A stretch of 36,454 bases of DNA from the NCBI GenBank assembly GCA_030167865.1, contig JALAGF010003399.1, positions 1 through 36,454 on the forward strand. The letters run 5' to 3'. The notes beneath the pieces are model-generated. The model was not told where the DNA came from and made no database searches. It worked only from the letters and a program-made list of their open reading frames with translations. Of the stretch, positions 23,354 through 33,838 are shown one piece after another. The translations under genes and the position numbers were made by a program. This stretch comes from Craspedostauros australis (taxonomy: Eukaryota). The first letter of the stretch is position 1. Each line of letters starts with the position of its first letter.

Positions 23354-24508
23354 ATGTATGCAACTATCAGCCCAATCGGTATCATGAAGTGCATCGTGGT
23401 TTCATCGTTGATTGGGAGATCGCACAGTCTGCTCGCAACAAGTAGAACAGGCGCAACAGCAACAGCAACAGCAACAGCAGCCGCAGCCAATGGCATGGTT
23501 GCTGCGATGGCTACATATTCGCAACAGATCCAGCACCAACCCAAAAAAGTGCGCAGTTCACGCATCATGACACATCGATGGGCATCATCGTCGTCGTCGT
23601 TTCAAGCACCAACACCGCCAAAATCGAAAGGCGAAGCCGTGTATGATGACATCGACATTGTGAAGTATGAATCGCGACCGCCCGATTCGTCAACGTTGAG
23701 ACGATACGCTGATCCTGCTGCCAACTTCGTGGTGACGGGCGCATCCCGGGGGATTGGATTGCAATTCTGCAAAACGTTGATCAAGCGCAACAAGGGGACG
23801 GTCTTTGCTTGTTCCAGATCCGTCGGCAGCGAAACACAGCTGATGCAGTACATCGACACTTTACCGCAAGAAGATGCGGATCGAATTACGATCGTCCCGC
23901 TGGATCTGGAAGATCAGGCCTCTATCGAAGAGGCAGGCCGCACAATCAAGCAGGCATGCGATCGGGTCGACCTCTTGCTGAATGTGGCCGGGATCCTCGG
24001 AGATGGCCAGACCACGCCAGGCCCCGAACGCAGCATTGCCAAAATCGATCGCGAATGGATGGAGAAATCATTCGCGTTGAATCTGTACGGACCGGTCATG
24101 CTCAGCAAGGAACTGACGGATATCATGAAACAGTCGCGGCGCAAATCCGCGAATGCCTCAGGCAACGCACGTGCTCCTGCTGTCATTGCCAATCTCAGCG
24201 CACGTGTTGGTTCCATCTCCGACAACGGGCTCGGTGGTTGGTACTCCTACCGCATGAGCAAGGCGGCGTTGAACCAGGCCACTCGCACCATGTCGAATGA
24301 GTTGAAGCGTTCCCAGATCTGGTGCATCGCCCTGCATCCTGGAACGACCAACACCGATCTTTCCAAGCCGTTCCAAGCCAACGTGCAAAAGGGCCGTCTC
24401 TTTCCTGTCGATTTCACGGTCGAGAGTCTGTTGGATGTCATCGACAGCATGTCTGACAAGGATTCCGGCGGTCTTTACGACTGGGCAGGCAAGGCGATTC
24501 CCTTCTAG
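23354..24508 (+). CDS. Short-chain dehydrogenase/reductase, CsgA (C-factor)-like, with N-terminal extension
   Basis: VVTGASRGIG, DLLLNVAG, SARVGSISDNGLGGWYSYRMSKAALNQ (YxxxK) and ALHPGTTNTDLSKPF. The start is uncertain (23354, 23384 or later). Confidence 0.9.
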   Translation: MYATISPIGIMKCIVVSSLIGRSHSLLATSRTGATATATATAAAANGMVAAMATYSQQIQHQPKKVRSSRIMTHRWASSSSSFQAPTPPKSKGEAVYDDIDIVKYESRPPDSSTLRRYADPAANFVVTGASRGIGLQFCKTLIKRNKGTVFACSRSVGSETQLMQYIDTLPQEDADRITIVPLDLEDQASIEEAGRTIKQACDRVDLLLNVAGILGDGQTTPGPERSIAKIDREWMEKSFALNLYGPVMLSKELTDIMKQSRRKSANASGNARAPAVIANLSARVGSISDNGLGGWYSYRMSKAALNQATRTMSNELKRSQIWCIALHPGTTNTDLSKPFQANVQKGRLFPVDFTVESLLDVIDSMSDKDSGGLYDWAGKAIPF

Positions 24509-25258
24509 AACAATAGTGGAGCAGAGCTAAGGCGTTTGATATGGCGGAGAGACAAAGGCGCAGCATGGTAGCGTGGACCAGGAGGTGCTGTCTCTAGAAC
24601 CCATAGCAGTGAACAATGCTACGCCAGTACTCTATGTGAGCCAAATGAATACTCTCTGGAGCACTCTAGGTGATGTCTACGCTAGTTGCCTGTCATGATG
24701 TTCGTCTTGCTTCTACCCTTCTACTCTCCAGAGAAATACTACATCAATGGATGTCTCAGACCCGCGGAACGAAAGTTGTGACACAGAAGGATCCAACGAA
24801 AGAGGCGATCAGAACTCCAAATGGACATCGTCGCAGCCACAACTGCAATCACAGACGTCAAGGAGGAGGAAGAGAGGCGATGAAGGATCCCGTGCACACA
24901 ATCAAGCACAACGAAGAAGAAACACAGAGACACACAGAGAGAGAGAGAGTCGACACCTCCATACATACACATACGGACCAGCCATCAATTGAGGGATAGA
25001 AGGGGAGCATCCCTGCCTAATTCTATCCTATCCAAGCGTGCTCTGTACGAGTACACGAGTATCATATTCTATCATCTATTGTATAATATTCTATTATATT
25101 ATACACGCATAGTACTTTCAGAACAGCAACGCAAGGCAATAACGGATTCGATCAACGATTCGCAACGACGAACACTTCACGCAGATCAATACATACGTAC
25201 GTCCGCATTCACATTCACATTTGAACGCCGGAACACTCTGCCGCATCTTGAATGAGAA

Positions 25259-26988
25259 ATGAGACTGCAGTTCGGCCGCTTGACACTCTTGGTTGTGGCT
25301 GCAGCGGGCGTTGATGGCGCCACCCGCAATGGCGTCTTCGCCTTCGCGCCGCAACGCATGCTGCTGCATCGATCGTTCATGAGCACGAAGATTCATGTTG
25401 GCAGCGACCCTGACGAGTTCCAGGATTCCAGTTCGGACTGGAACGACCATCTCAAGTCGCAGCTGCAGCAGCGCAATGTCGGCAGCGATGGCGACTATGT
25501 CGAAGAGGAAGGCCAAGGCGGCTCGCGATTGAAGGCGCTCATAGAGGCGAGTCAACAGCAACAATCTCGCATGCCATCGGGCGGGATCAACAATCCCTTC
25601 CTGACACCACCGCCGGCGACGCAGCCAGCTGGCATCGACGACATGTCTGCTGACGAACTGCGTCAGTTGCTGCGCAATGGTGGCATGCCTGCACCGCCAC
25701 CACCGCCGCCGCAACGGGAAAGCCCACGGCCAGCGGGACGCAACCGCGATGCCGATGCCATTTCCAACACGGCCGATCTTTACCTTGCTCAGCTCAAGCG
25801 CGATTCCACGGTCCGCACGCTCGCGCGGTACAACGGTGAAGATGAGGTGGCGAATGCCATCATGGAAGATGAAGGCATCGAGCAGTTGGAAGGGATGCTC
25901 ACGTCCAATCCCTATCTCAAAGAGTGAGTGATCTGTGATGCAAGCCTTGCGTATGGCTGTTTTTGGGGGGCGTTGCTGTGCGCTTCATTCTGCCCATACG
26001 TGCTCTATTCAGAAACGGTGATGGCTTCCCGTGTTGTGCAATCGAATCAATCCAAACATGTGCAAGTTTGCGAATTGGTCACTCACGGTTATCTGCTGTT
26101 GCTACGTTCCATGTTCGTACATGCTCTACTATTCTTGCTGGCCATTTCTTCATGATATATGCATGCACTTACAGGAGCCGAGGCAAGGAGAAGGATCTGT
26201 TTGAAACCGTCCCGGAAGAGGCGCTGGCGCCTTACTTTCTCGAGACCAACCAGGACAAAGATAATTCCTATTCGGGCGTGAGCTACAAGGACAAGCTGCG
26301 AGAGAGAGTGCAGAAAGGCGGTGCAAAGACAGCGACACCGCAATCGCAGCCACAATCGCAGCCACAATCGCAGCAACCTTCGCAAGAACCAAGCCCCCCG
26401 AAGCCACAGCCAACCGTCCAAGTTGAAGTGAAGACTCCTGTGGCTCAAACGCCTGCCCCTGACGTCAGCACTGCCATTGATGCTCCGAAGTCCAATCCAG
26501 GACAAGGGCAAGTGGACGGCGCCCTCGCCTGCATCGAAGGTGCTGTGACCATGTACAAGAACAGTCCACCAGAAATCCAAGGCACTTTCCTTGTCTCGTT
26601 GAGGGTCGCGCTGAAATCCGCCATCGGCATCATGAACACGGTGTTGGGAGACGCGCCTGCAGCAGGCCCAGGCCTTGCCAACATTGACAGCGCCATCGCA
26701 TGTATCGAAGGCGCCGCCACGATGTACAAGAACAGCCCTCCCGAAATTCAGGGAACCGTGCTCATTTCACTTCGAGTGACTTTGGCATCCGCGATGACGA
26801 CAGTGGACGAAGCAATCGGTCAAGCGAGCAGCATCGCTACTGCCACTGCTCGCGCAGCTGTGAATGGTTCGCCGAGTGAGAGAGGAAACACTATGAATGG
26901 TCCCGCGCAAAACGCGATCATGTTGGAAAGGATGTTCAACGACATCAAGAATGCTGCGCGATACAGAGAGGGCGGGTTCGCAGATTAG
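25259..26988 (+). CDS. Plastid-targeted protein of unknown function with an internal domain duplication, 2 exons
   Basis: Exons 25259-25923 and 26175-26988 (phase-2 intron GTGAGT..ACAG). Signal peptide plus VFAFAP motif, P/Q-rich linkers, and two copies of D.A.ACIEGA.TMYKNSPPEIQGT.L.SLRV.L.SA. Confidence 0.8.
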
Positions 26989-27189
26989 CACTGCTGAACT
27001 GCATAACACACCTTTCATCGGATACGCTATGCATGCATGGGGGCAGGTGCGCAGGCAGCATCTTCTATCGCCATGAAATGCACCACAAGCACCAGGAAAG
27101 AAGAGTAGAATGAAACGAACGAGTATTGATTTCAGTTATAATATATTCTGTTATCGCCGCAGCTTTCACAACACGGTATGACAGATTTT

Positions 27190-27215
27190 CCGAAACCTGC
27201 CGAAGCTTTCCGAAC
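27190..27215 (+). promoter_or_regulatory. Putative step-type heat shock element upstream of GrpE
   Basis: CCGAA occurs three times at exact 10-bp spacing (GAA at 27192, 27202, 27212), about 400 bp upstream of the GrpE ATG. The function is inferred. Confidence 0.35.
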
Positions 27216-27611
27216 CCTCTTTCGACAAGAACGAAAGGGGGAACAGAGATACCCCCAAGTGTTGTTTCGCATGTTCCCCCTTTTATTCAAATGCTCTGAA
27301 AAAGCCCTTTCGCAAACCCAAACGACTCATGCGAATAAGGTTCCGTTCTTCACGACCATGCAATCCGAGACACGATGCTGATTTCACCCTTCGTCGTCAT
27401 GGGACACATCAACTTCACCGTGGAAGGTGTTCGGGGCATCAACGCCGACGAAAGAAATCCACGATCCTCCAACCCAAACGGAGTTGCTGATGCATCGGAA
27501 CCAGATGCCCCGCCAACACATTTGGTGACATAGTCGTACCCACAAGGATTACCCTGCAGACGACACCAAGAAGAACATCACATCGAGAATATAAACAAGA
27601 ATACCATCAAG

Positions 27612-28827
27612 ATGATCAGCACAAGACAAAGCGCTCTCCTGGCCACTTTGGTGGCAGCGATGGTGACATCCGCCGCGACCGCGTTCTCCGTTGGCAGCCC
27701 AACATCGGGCATCCTCCTGCGACAGCCAGTTACCTCCACCTGCCTGTGGGCCGAGAAGGCTGAGGAGACCTCCGACGATGAGACCATCGAGGCCGGCGAT
27801 GACGCATCGTCCGCCACCGACATCCTGAATTCCCCAGCCTTCCTGCAGCGCAAGCTGGAAGTTCTTGAGACTGACATCAAGAAGGCCGATGAAGACATCG
27901 CCGAGGCCAAGGAGCGTCTGTCCGCTGGAAAGGAGGAGTGGCAGGATCAGCTCGACAAGCTGGAGGTAGAGGTCCGTGACGAATGATCATGCGATGCATG
28001 CATGCGTGCATGTGGGGAGGGGAGAACGCGTGGAGTCTTCTCCTCTCTTGCTTGTGCAAACGAGCAAAAGCGAAAAGATGCGCCAAAACAAAAAAGAAAC
28101 AGACGAACGATGCACACAGTACATGCATCACCGGGGTTGTGCATGCACACATGGGATCGATGGCACTAGCTGCGATGGGTTGATATGCTAGGATGAAGCA
28201 CTGCTGTGAATTGATTGTTTGAATGCGTTTGTACATCAAGGAATGCGCCATCTGCTTGTCCCCAGAATCGCATTAATCCGTCAATTGCAATTGTGTACGA
28301 GCAGAATACTCACCAACACACACGCCCCGCTCCATCTTGTTCCATCCAACTCTGTGCATCCGCCCACTTGCAACTCAATCAATCAATCCGTCATTCCTTC
28401 ATTGATTCATTGATTCATCCATGAACTGTCCAACGAACTTCCGCAGTACAAGACCATCAAGGACCGCATGTCTGCCCAGACGGATCAGAATGATGTCGTC
28501 GCCACCTCCGAAGTGGCCAGCGCGATTCTGGAGCTTGTCGACAACTTCGAGAGAGGATTCGGTATCGTGATCCCAGAAACCGACGAGGAGAAAGCCATCG
28601 ACGAGGAGTACAGAAAGGTGCACAGCGACATCCTTGCGACGCTCGAGAAGCTCGGAGTGAAACAGGTGGAGACCGTCGGCAAGGAGTTCGATTACGAGGT
28701 CCACCAGGCCGTCATGCAACGGGCATCCGAGGAATACGAGGAGAACATTATCTGCGAAGAGTACCAGAAGGGGTTCGTCATCGGCGAGAAGCTGATCCGC
28801 CCAGCCATGGTCGCCGTCGCTGCTTAG
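27612..28827 (+). CDS. grpE: Plastid GrpE nucleotide exchange factor (Hsp70 co-chaperone), 2 exons
   Basis: Exons 27612-27971 (alternative donor after 27965) and 28447-28827. Signal peptide plus ATAFSV, a coiled coil, ILELVDNFERG, VGKEFDYEVHQAV and YQKGFVIGEKLIRPAMVAV. Confidence 0.93.
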
Positions 28828-29190
28828 AATAGGCCGCAATGGGGTTGTTCCGTTCCAATCCAATCATGCAGCGCAATGTTGCAAGGCAAGGCACAATCCG
28901 AATATGCTTGCAGGAATGTAGGTGTAGAACTCCTGCGTGCGTTCTATGCATCGAAAGATGCAGCGCAGAGCTGACTCGGCGTCCCTGCGTGCTTAGCCAT
29001 GGATCGCAGGAACGGCGACCCCACGCACCATACTTTAGGACGTGATGTAGAGCAGAGCAGATGAGATGATTCAATTGTTTTAGAGAGTCGATTAGGTATT
29101 GTGCATAGTGGTTATCGTCAAGTTTGGCATCGCTTCGCTGCTCCGCGAGTGTGCAAGTTGCGTGGCGTGTATCTGCTTTCTGCACATTCG

Positions 29191-29221
29191 TGGTTGATTG
29201 GTTGGTTGGTTGGTTGGTTGG
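29191..29221. repeat. (TGGT)n microsatellite
   Basis: Read directly, with one imperfect unit. Confidence 0.85.
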
Positions 29222-29385
29222 CGAGCAAAGGATCGTTTCTCAACCACGAAAAATGGCATCAAGAAACGAAGAAGAATTCCCACCAACATCACAAAAAGTA
29301 AGACAGACAGTGACGACAACGATCTTCGCACATGCGCCGACCCAAAGTTCGATAGAGTGGAGCATAACAATCGTGATCATCCATC

Positions 29386-30468
29386 ATGGCGGACGAATCC
29401 GACGACTCATCATCGATGGGAAAGTACTGGCCTGAGGCCGAGCAACAGAAGAGCCATCGAGGTAGCATGAAGACAAGGAGGACGCGCAGACAGAGCGGAT
29501 CAACCAAGCACAACCGTGAGACGATCAAAGCAGAGGACAATGATGATCACGATGACGATGACGATGATGAAAGGCGACAACAACAGCAAGATCAAGAACA
29601 GGAAGGAGGCGGCAACCACAAACAGCATCGCAAACGAAGGAGAATCCAGAATGCGCCCAAGGTGGTGGTCGTGCGTCGCAGCAACTCGCGACGACACAAA
29701 CAGCATGGCAGCAGCGTCGCCATCAATCAAGCGCAGTCGGTTTCGGAACTGCCATCCAAAGGTGTTAGCAGCCCATCCCGCTCTTCAAGACCACGAACCG
29801 CGCAACAACATCGATCGATGATGCCGCTCGATTGGGACGCGCTGGCAGCCTCTGCTAGATGCGCTGTGGAACACAATCTTCACAAATCGATGGATACCGA
29901 AACTTGCGAACATCTATTGGGATTGGCGACCACCTTCTCTCGTGATGGCGATGCGTTGTGGAATGATCCAATGCACAACAACCCCTTGCACGGGTTGCCC
30001 AGCGCGCCGCTTCCACCCGGGATCTTGGATTCTCTGGTACAAAGGTTCCGACAGCAATACGCTGCGTGCCCTCAGTTCGATGCATCCGGGTTGGTCACCA
30101 TCGGGATGATGGTGGAAGAATCCATCACGGCATCGTTGCTTCCATTGGCGCAGCTCCATTGCGCGAGGATGCGGCAGTTGCAGTCGTCTGCGCCGCGGCG
30201 GTCACAATTGGAGGCGACTGAAGTCAGTGTCCTTGGCGACGATTGTCTCACTCTTTCGGTAACCGCGAACGCCAACGATGACACGCAAAAGCAAGTCTTT
30301 GCCCAGCAGACATTGCCTCCGGAGGAAGCTGTCCTGCAAGTGTTGGCGGCGCAATCGACATCTGAACCTCACGAAGGTAACAGCGTGTCCGCGTTACCAC
30401 CCATACGAGAGGTCATCAAGGACACGCCGGTTTCTCAACATCAGCTATCCCAATGGAAAGAGAAGTGA
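29386..30468 (+). CDS. Hypothetical nuclear protein with Rrn10-like motif
   Basis: 360-aa ORF. The N-terminus is acidic/basic and disordered, with NLS-like HRKRRR. The helical core includes LPPGILDSL...FDASGLVTIGMMVEESI. The gene is well supported; the Rrn10 likeness is tentative. Confidence 0.7.
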   Translation: MADESDDSSSMGKYWPEAEQQKSHRGSMKTRRTRRQSGSTKHNRETIKAEDNDDHDDDDDDERRQQQQDQEQEGGGNHKQHRKRRRIQNAPKVVVVRRSNSRRHKQHGSSVAINQAQSVSELPSKGVSSPSRSSRPRTAQQHRSMMPLDWDALAASARCAVEHNLHKSMDTETCEHLLGLATTFSRDGDALWNDPMHNNPLHGLPSAPLPPGILDSLVQRFRQQYAACPQFDASGLVTIGMMVEESITASLLPLAQLHCARMRQLQSSAPRRSQLEATEVSVLGDDCLTLSVTANANDDTQKQVFAQQTLPPEEAVLQVLAAQSTSEPHEGNSVSALPPIREVIKDTPVSQHQLSQWKEK

Positions 30469-30596
30469 ACTACAGCATTGAGTTGCTTCCCTATCAATCA
30501 ATCAATCCTATCATTACCATTATCATTGCCATGTTCTTGTGCTTCACCAACACTGCGGCCATGAATACCATGGAGTACAGATCCTAATCATTAGAT

Positions 30597-32638
30597 TCAT
30601 TGCTCCTGCATCTGCTCACGTTTCTGCGCTTGAAAGAATTGGGCAGACTTGCGTTCGAAGATGAGAACGTAGCTCTCAGAGACGCCGATCAGCTGGGGGA
30701 TGGTCTTCTTCACGTGGAGATCCTGGATTTCGTACCACTGCTTGTCGGATCGGTGGTGCACATGGCACTTGTACGATCCTTCCTGCAGCGGATCCACCTT
30801 GCCTTCGCGTCCCACATCCGATGGGCTTTCGTGCGTGATGTTCGCAATCAGATCGTACTTGTCCGTCAGCAGATCCGGGAGGCTGGTGGTGGCGAAGTCC
30901 AGTGTCTTTTGGAGCAGCTCCTTCTTTTCCAGAACGCCATTGGCGATGTGACCGCAATTGTGGCTCGATAGAAGCGCCTTGAGTTGCTTGACCTGCAATT
31001 CATCAGCAGTTGGTAGAATGCGCGAAGTGGAATGCAGTGGTTGATTTCATTGTGACGTTCATGTCAAAGGTAGCATTGCCGGAAAGATCGTATTGAGGAC
31101 AGCGCAAACAGGGCAAGGTAAGATGGGAGAGGCCACAGGATTCGTCAATACAAGTGGAGTGCGCAAATGAAAACAGCTCTTCACAGCATACGCAATCACG
31201 CAACGAACCAAATCAGAGTTCCGACGCAAGCACTTACGCTCATGGCCCTGACCTCTTCTTCCGTCGGCGCCTTCTTGCGCTCCTTTTTGTCGAACACGTA
31301 GGAACTGAGGTCCAGGTTCTTGACGGGGAATGCCACGATGGTGGGGTTCTTTTCTCTCGAGTACTCATTCGACTTGAAACGCGAGAGATGAAGGATGAGG
31401 TAATCTGGCAGCTGCAGCAGACGGTATCGCTTGCTTTGCATTTTGCCGTTCTTGTCGAGCGCATCGCGGAATGTCATGCCTTCGAACTTCTTCAACACAT
31501 TGGCCAGCGGCTCCTGAGGAATCACGAGACCTCCCTCAGCATCACGGAATAATGGCTTCTCAGGGATATCCAGCGTCAGCTGCAGGAAACCTGAGCTGGT
31601 AGCAACTTCTTCCATCTCTGGTTCGTCATCATCATCATCATCATCATCGCCTTTCGCTTTGTCGTCCGTGACATCCATCTCATCATCGTCGTCGTCGTCA
31701 TCGTCATCTGGATCAGACTTGGATTCATTCTTCTTCCCAGAAGCAGAAGCAGCAGTGGCGTTATCACTCTTGACCTTCTGCCTCCTGGTCGTGACTTCCA
31801 CACGCCCCTGAAAGGCTTCGTACACGATGCTGGAGTTCGGCTTTCGCGTTCCCCCAAGACCAATGTGCAGCTGGTTGAGGAACCAGGCCATGAATTCGCC
31901 CGCCTCGCCTTGCACGCCCACCTGGAACTTCTTGTTGGAGCCGCTGCTGATGGCATGCACGAGCGTGTGCGGATCGATGTGGCTCTTGAAGCATTTGTCG
32001 CTCCATATCTTGCGCACCAGCTCGCCAAAGCGCAGGGCCAGATTCGACACGCGGTGTGGTGGTTTGTTCTTCTTCTTCTTCTTTTTGGACTCGATGTAAA
32101 TGTCCCTGTGCGTGCGACCGAGGAAGAAATCGCGCAGCGGCGGGACGTGTGCCAAGGCCTGCACGGCGGCGTTGATGAAATCGGTCTTGTGCAGATTGTT
32201 CAATCCGACATAGCCCGGAAGGTACCGTCGTCCGAAGATGTCGCGAGCCAGGCTGGTGTTGGCATCGATGCTGATGATCTCCTTCTTCGAGAAGGTCGGA
32301 TGCAGCGTCGCCGAGATGTCCTTGAGGGAGGGGTCCTTGATCTGATAGTCATCCGGCAGGCAGTGGAACGTCCCCTTGGACAGATGCACGAAGACGTAGT
32401 GGCCCTCGTTGACGGCATGGGTGTAGGCCGGAGTCTGCTTGCCACGGCCGCGGAAGAACTTCCCGCACACCAGACACGCGTACACGTGCGGTCCCGACTC
32501 GAGAGACACGGAGCAGGATGGCTCGAAGTCAAAGTCCAGCAGGGTGCGGTCGATGGTGTCCAGATACGGGCACTCCTCCTCCTGCGATGGCTGCTTCGAT
32601 GCGTCCGTCTTGCGTCGCTTTGCGTTCGGTGCTGACAT
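30597..32638 (-). CDS. USP39: U4/U6.U5 tri-snRNP-associated protein 2 (USP39/Sad1), 2 exons
   Basis: Exons 32638-31238 and 30992-30597 (intron GTAAGT..GCAG, phase 0). ZnF-UBP CPYLDTIDRTLLDFDFEPSCSVSL..VYACLVCGKFFRGRG; PGYVGLNNLHKTDFINA (Asp in place of the catalytic Cys, as in USP39); EKNPTIVAFP; YDLIANITH; WYEIQDLHV; SESYVLIFER. Confidence 0.96.
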
Positions 32639-33277
32639 GGTGTAGCAATGCAGATACTCGTGGAGCAGAATATAATATAATACAATTCAACAGATGAACG
32701 CGTGTTGCAATTTGGTTGCGGATGTGGGTGGTAAGTGATTTCGTATTGGTGTCCACAGCATGAGATGTGGCAGGATCCCTGCTCGTTGCCACCAAAAAGA
32801 TGCGTCAAACACAAAGATGCGATGTTGATTTCTGCCACCAGCGATTGGTTGGGTTGATTTTGTGTTTGTGTCGGACACATCTAGCTCCATGAAAAATAAT
32901 GATACTCGGATTTACATCTTTGTTGTTGAGTCCAGTCACGAGATTTCACGCGATTATACGCAAATTGCAGCAGAATATTTGCGTTACTCTATGTAATTGG
33001 TCGTATGGATCGAAGGATGCCGCCAAGTGGAAGAAATCGTGGAAACAGCAAACACAACAACACTGCTGCCAACACCACCAACACCAAGACCGACACGAGA
33101 AAATGCGGAAAATGATGGCGACCATGACGATGTCAGTTGTGACGTGACGATCGCCGCTATGACAACAGAACAACCATTACGAATCGTACCACAAGAACAC
33201 CAATACCAACTCTAGAACGATCAAACGCACGTACACAACCTAATACATACTCACAGAATTCCTTCGAATAGATCAGG

Positions 33278-33838
33278 ATGGATTACGAGGGCCAGAAACT
33301 TGCGGAACTTCTGTTCTACTGGATCATAATAGGCTTCGGCGGCGTCGGATGGGTCATCGGGCACTTCCAGCAGGACTTCATGATCGTGTTCAAGTTCTGG
33401 CTGGTTGGTGTTGCGATATCGCTTGTGGTGAGTGCTTGCGTTTGCGTTTGCGTTGGGGGATCTGTGTGCCTGCTGCGTGATGGAGACGAAGATGGAAGGC
33501 TTTTGACGATGGGCTGCTTCGTGCGGCGCCGTTGTACAGCGAGATGTTGATGCAGGGACACGCAGGATCTACTCTACATCTTCCACGAGTATCCTCGTCG
33601 ATATTCGCACATTCGAATGCAGACCTTGCCTCGCAATTCCCTCACCTGTCTCTTGTCTCCTTCCTGCGTCCACAATCACGCTCACAAACGCAATCACGTT
33701 CACAATCACGAATGCCATCGCAATCACAAACGCCAATGCAAAATGAAGCTTTGTGTCCCAGACTGGCCGTTCTACAATCGTCACCCAGTCAAGTGGTTGG
33801 AGTCCGTCCCAGATAGAAGAGAAAAGAAGACGAACTAG
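33278..33838 (+). CDS. SPCS1: Signal peptidase complex subunit 1 (SPC12), 2 exons
   Basis: Exons 33278-33427 and 33749-33838 (intron GTGAGT..GAAG). MDYEGQKLAE, two TM segments, then LCVPDWPFYNRHPVKWL. Confidence 0.93.
33671..33730. repeat. Degenerate CAATCA(C/G)-type repeat in SPCS1 intron
   Basis: Repeated caatcacg/caatcaca units read directly. Confidence 0.6.

Noticed and set aside
24670..25255. Short ORFs between the SDR and the plastid protein
   Set aside because: They run through (GA)/(CA) microsatellites and AT-rich promoter-like DNA, with no homology evident.
32180..32200. Missing catalytic Cys in the USP domain as a sign of pseudogenisation
   Set aside because: USP39/Sad1 is an established catalytically inactive USP with Asp at this position.
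10399..33838. Apparent functional clusters (NMD3+RPL18+Rrn10-like; YIF1+COPI-associated+SPCS1; three plastid proteins)
   Set aside because: The genes are interspersed with unrelated ones on mixed strands and belong to common housekeeping categories. There is no evidence of a co-regulated cluster or novel system.
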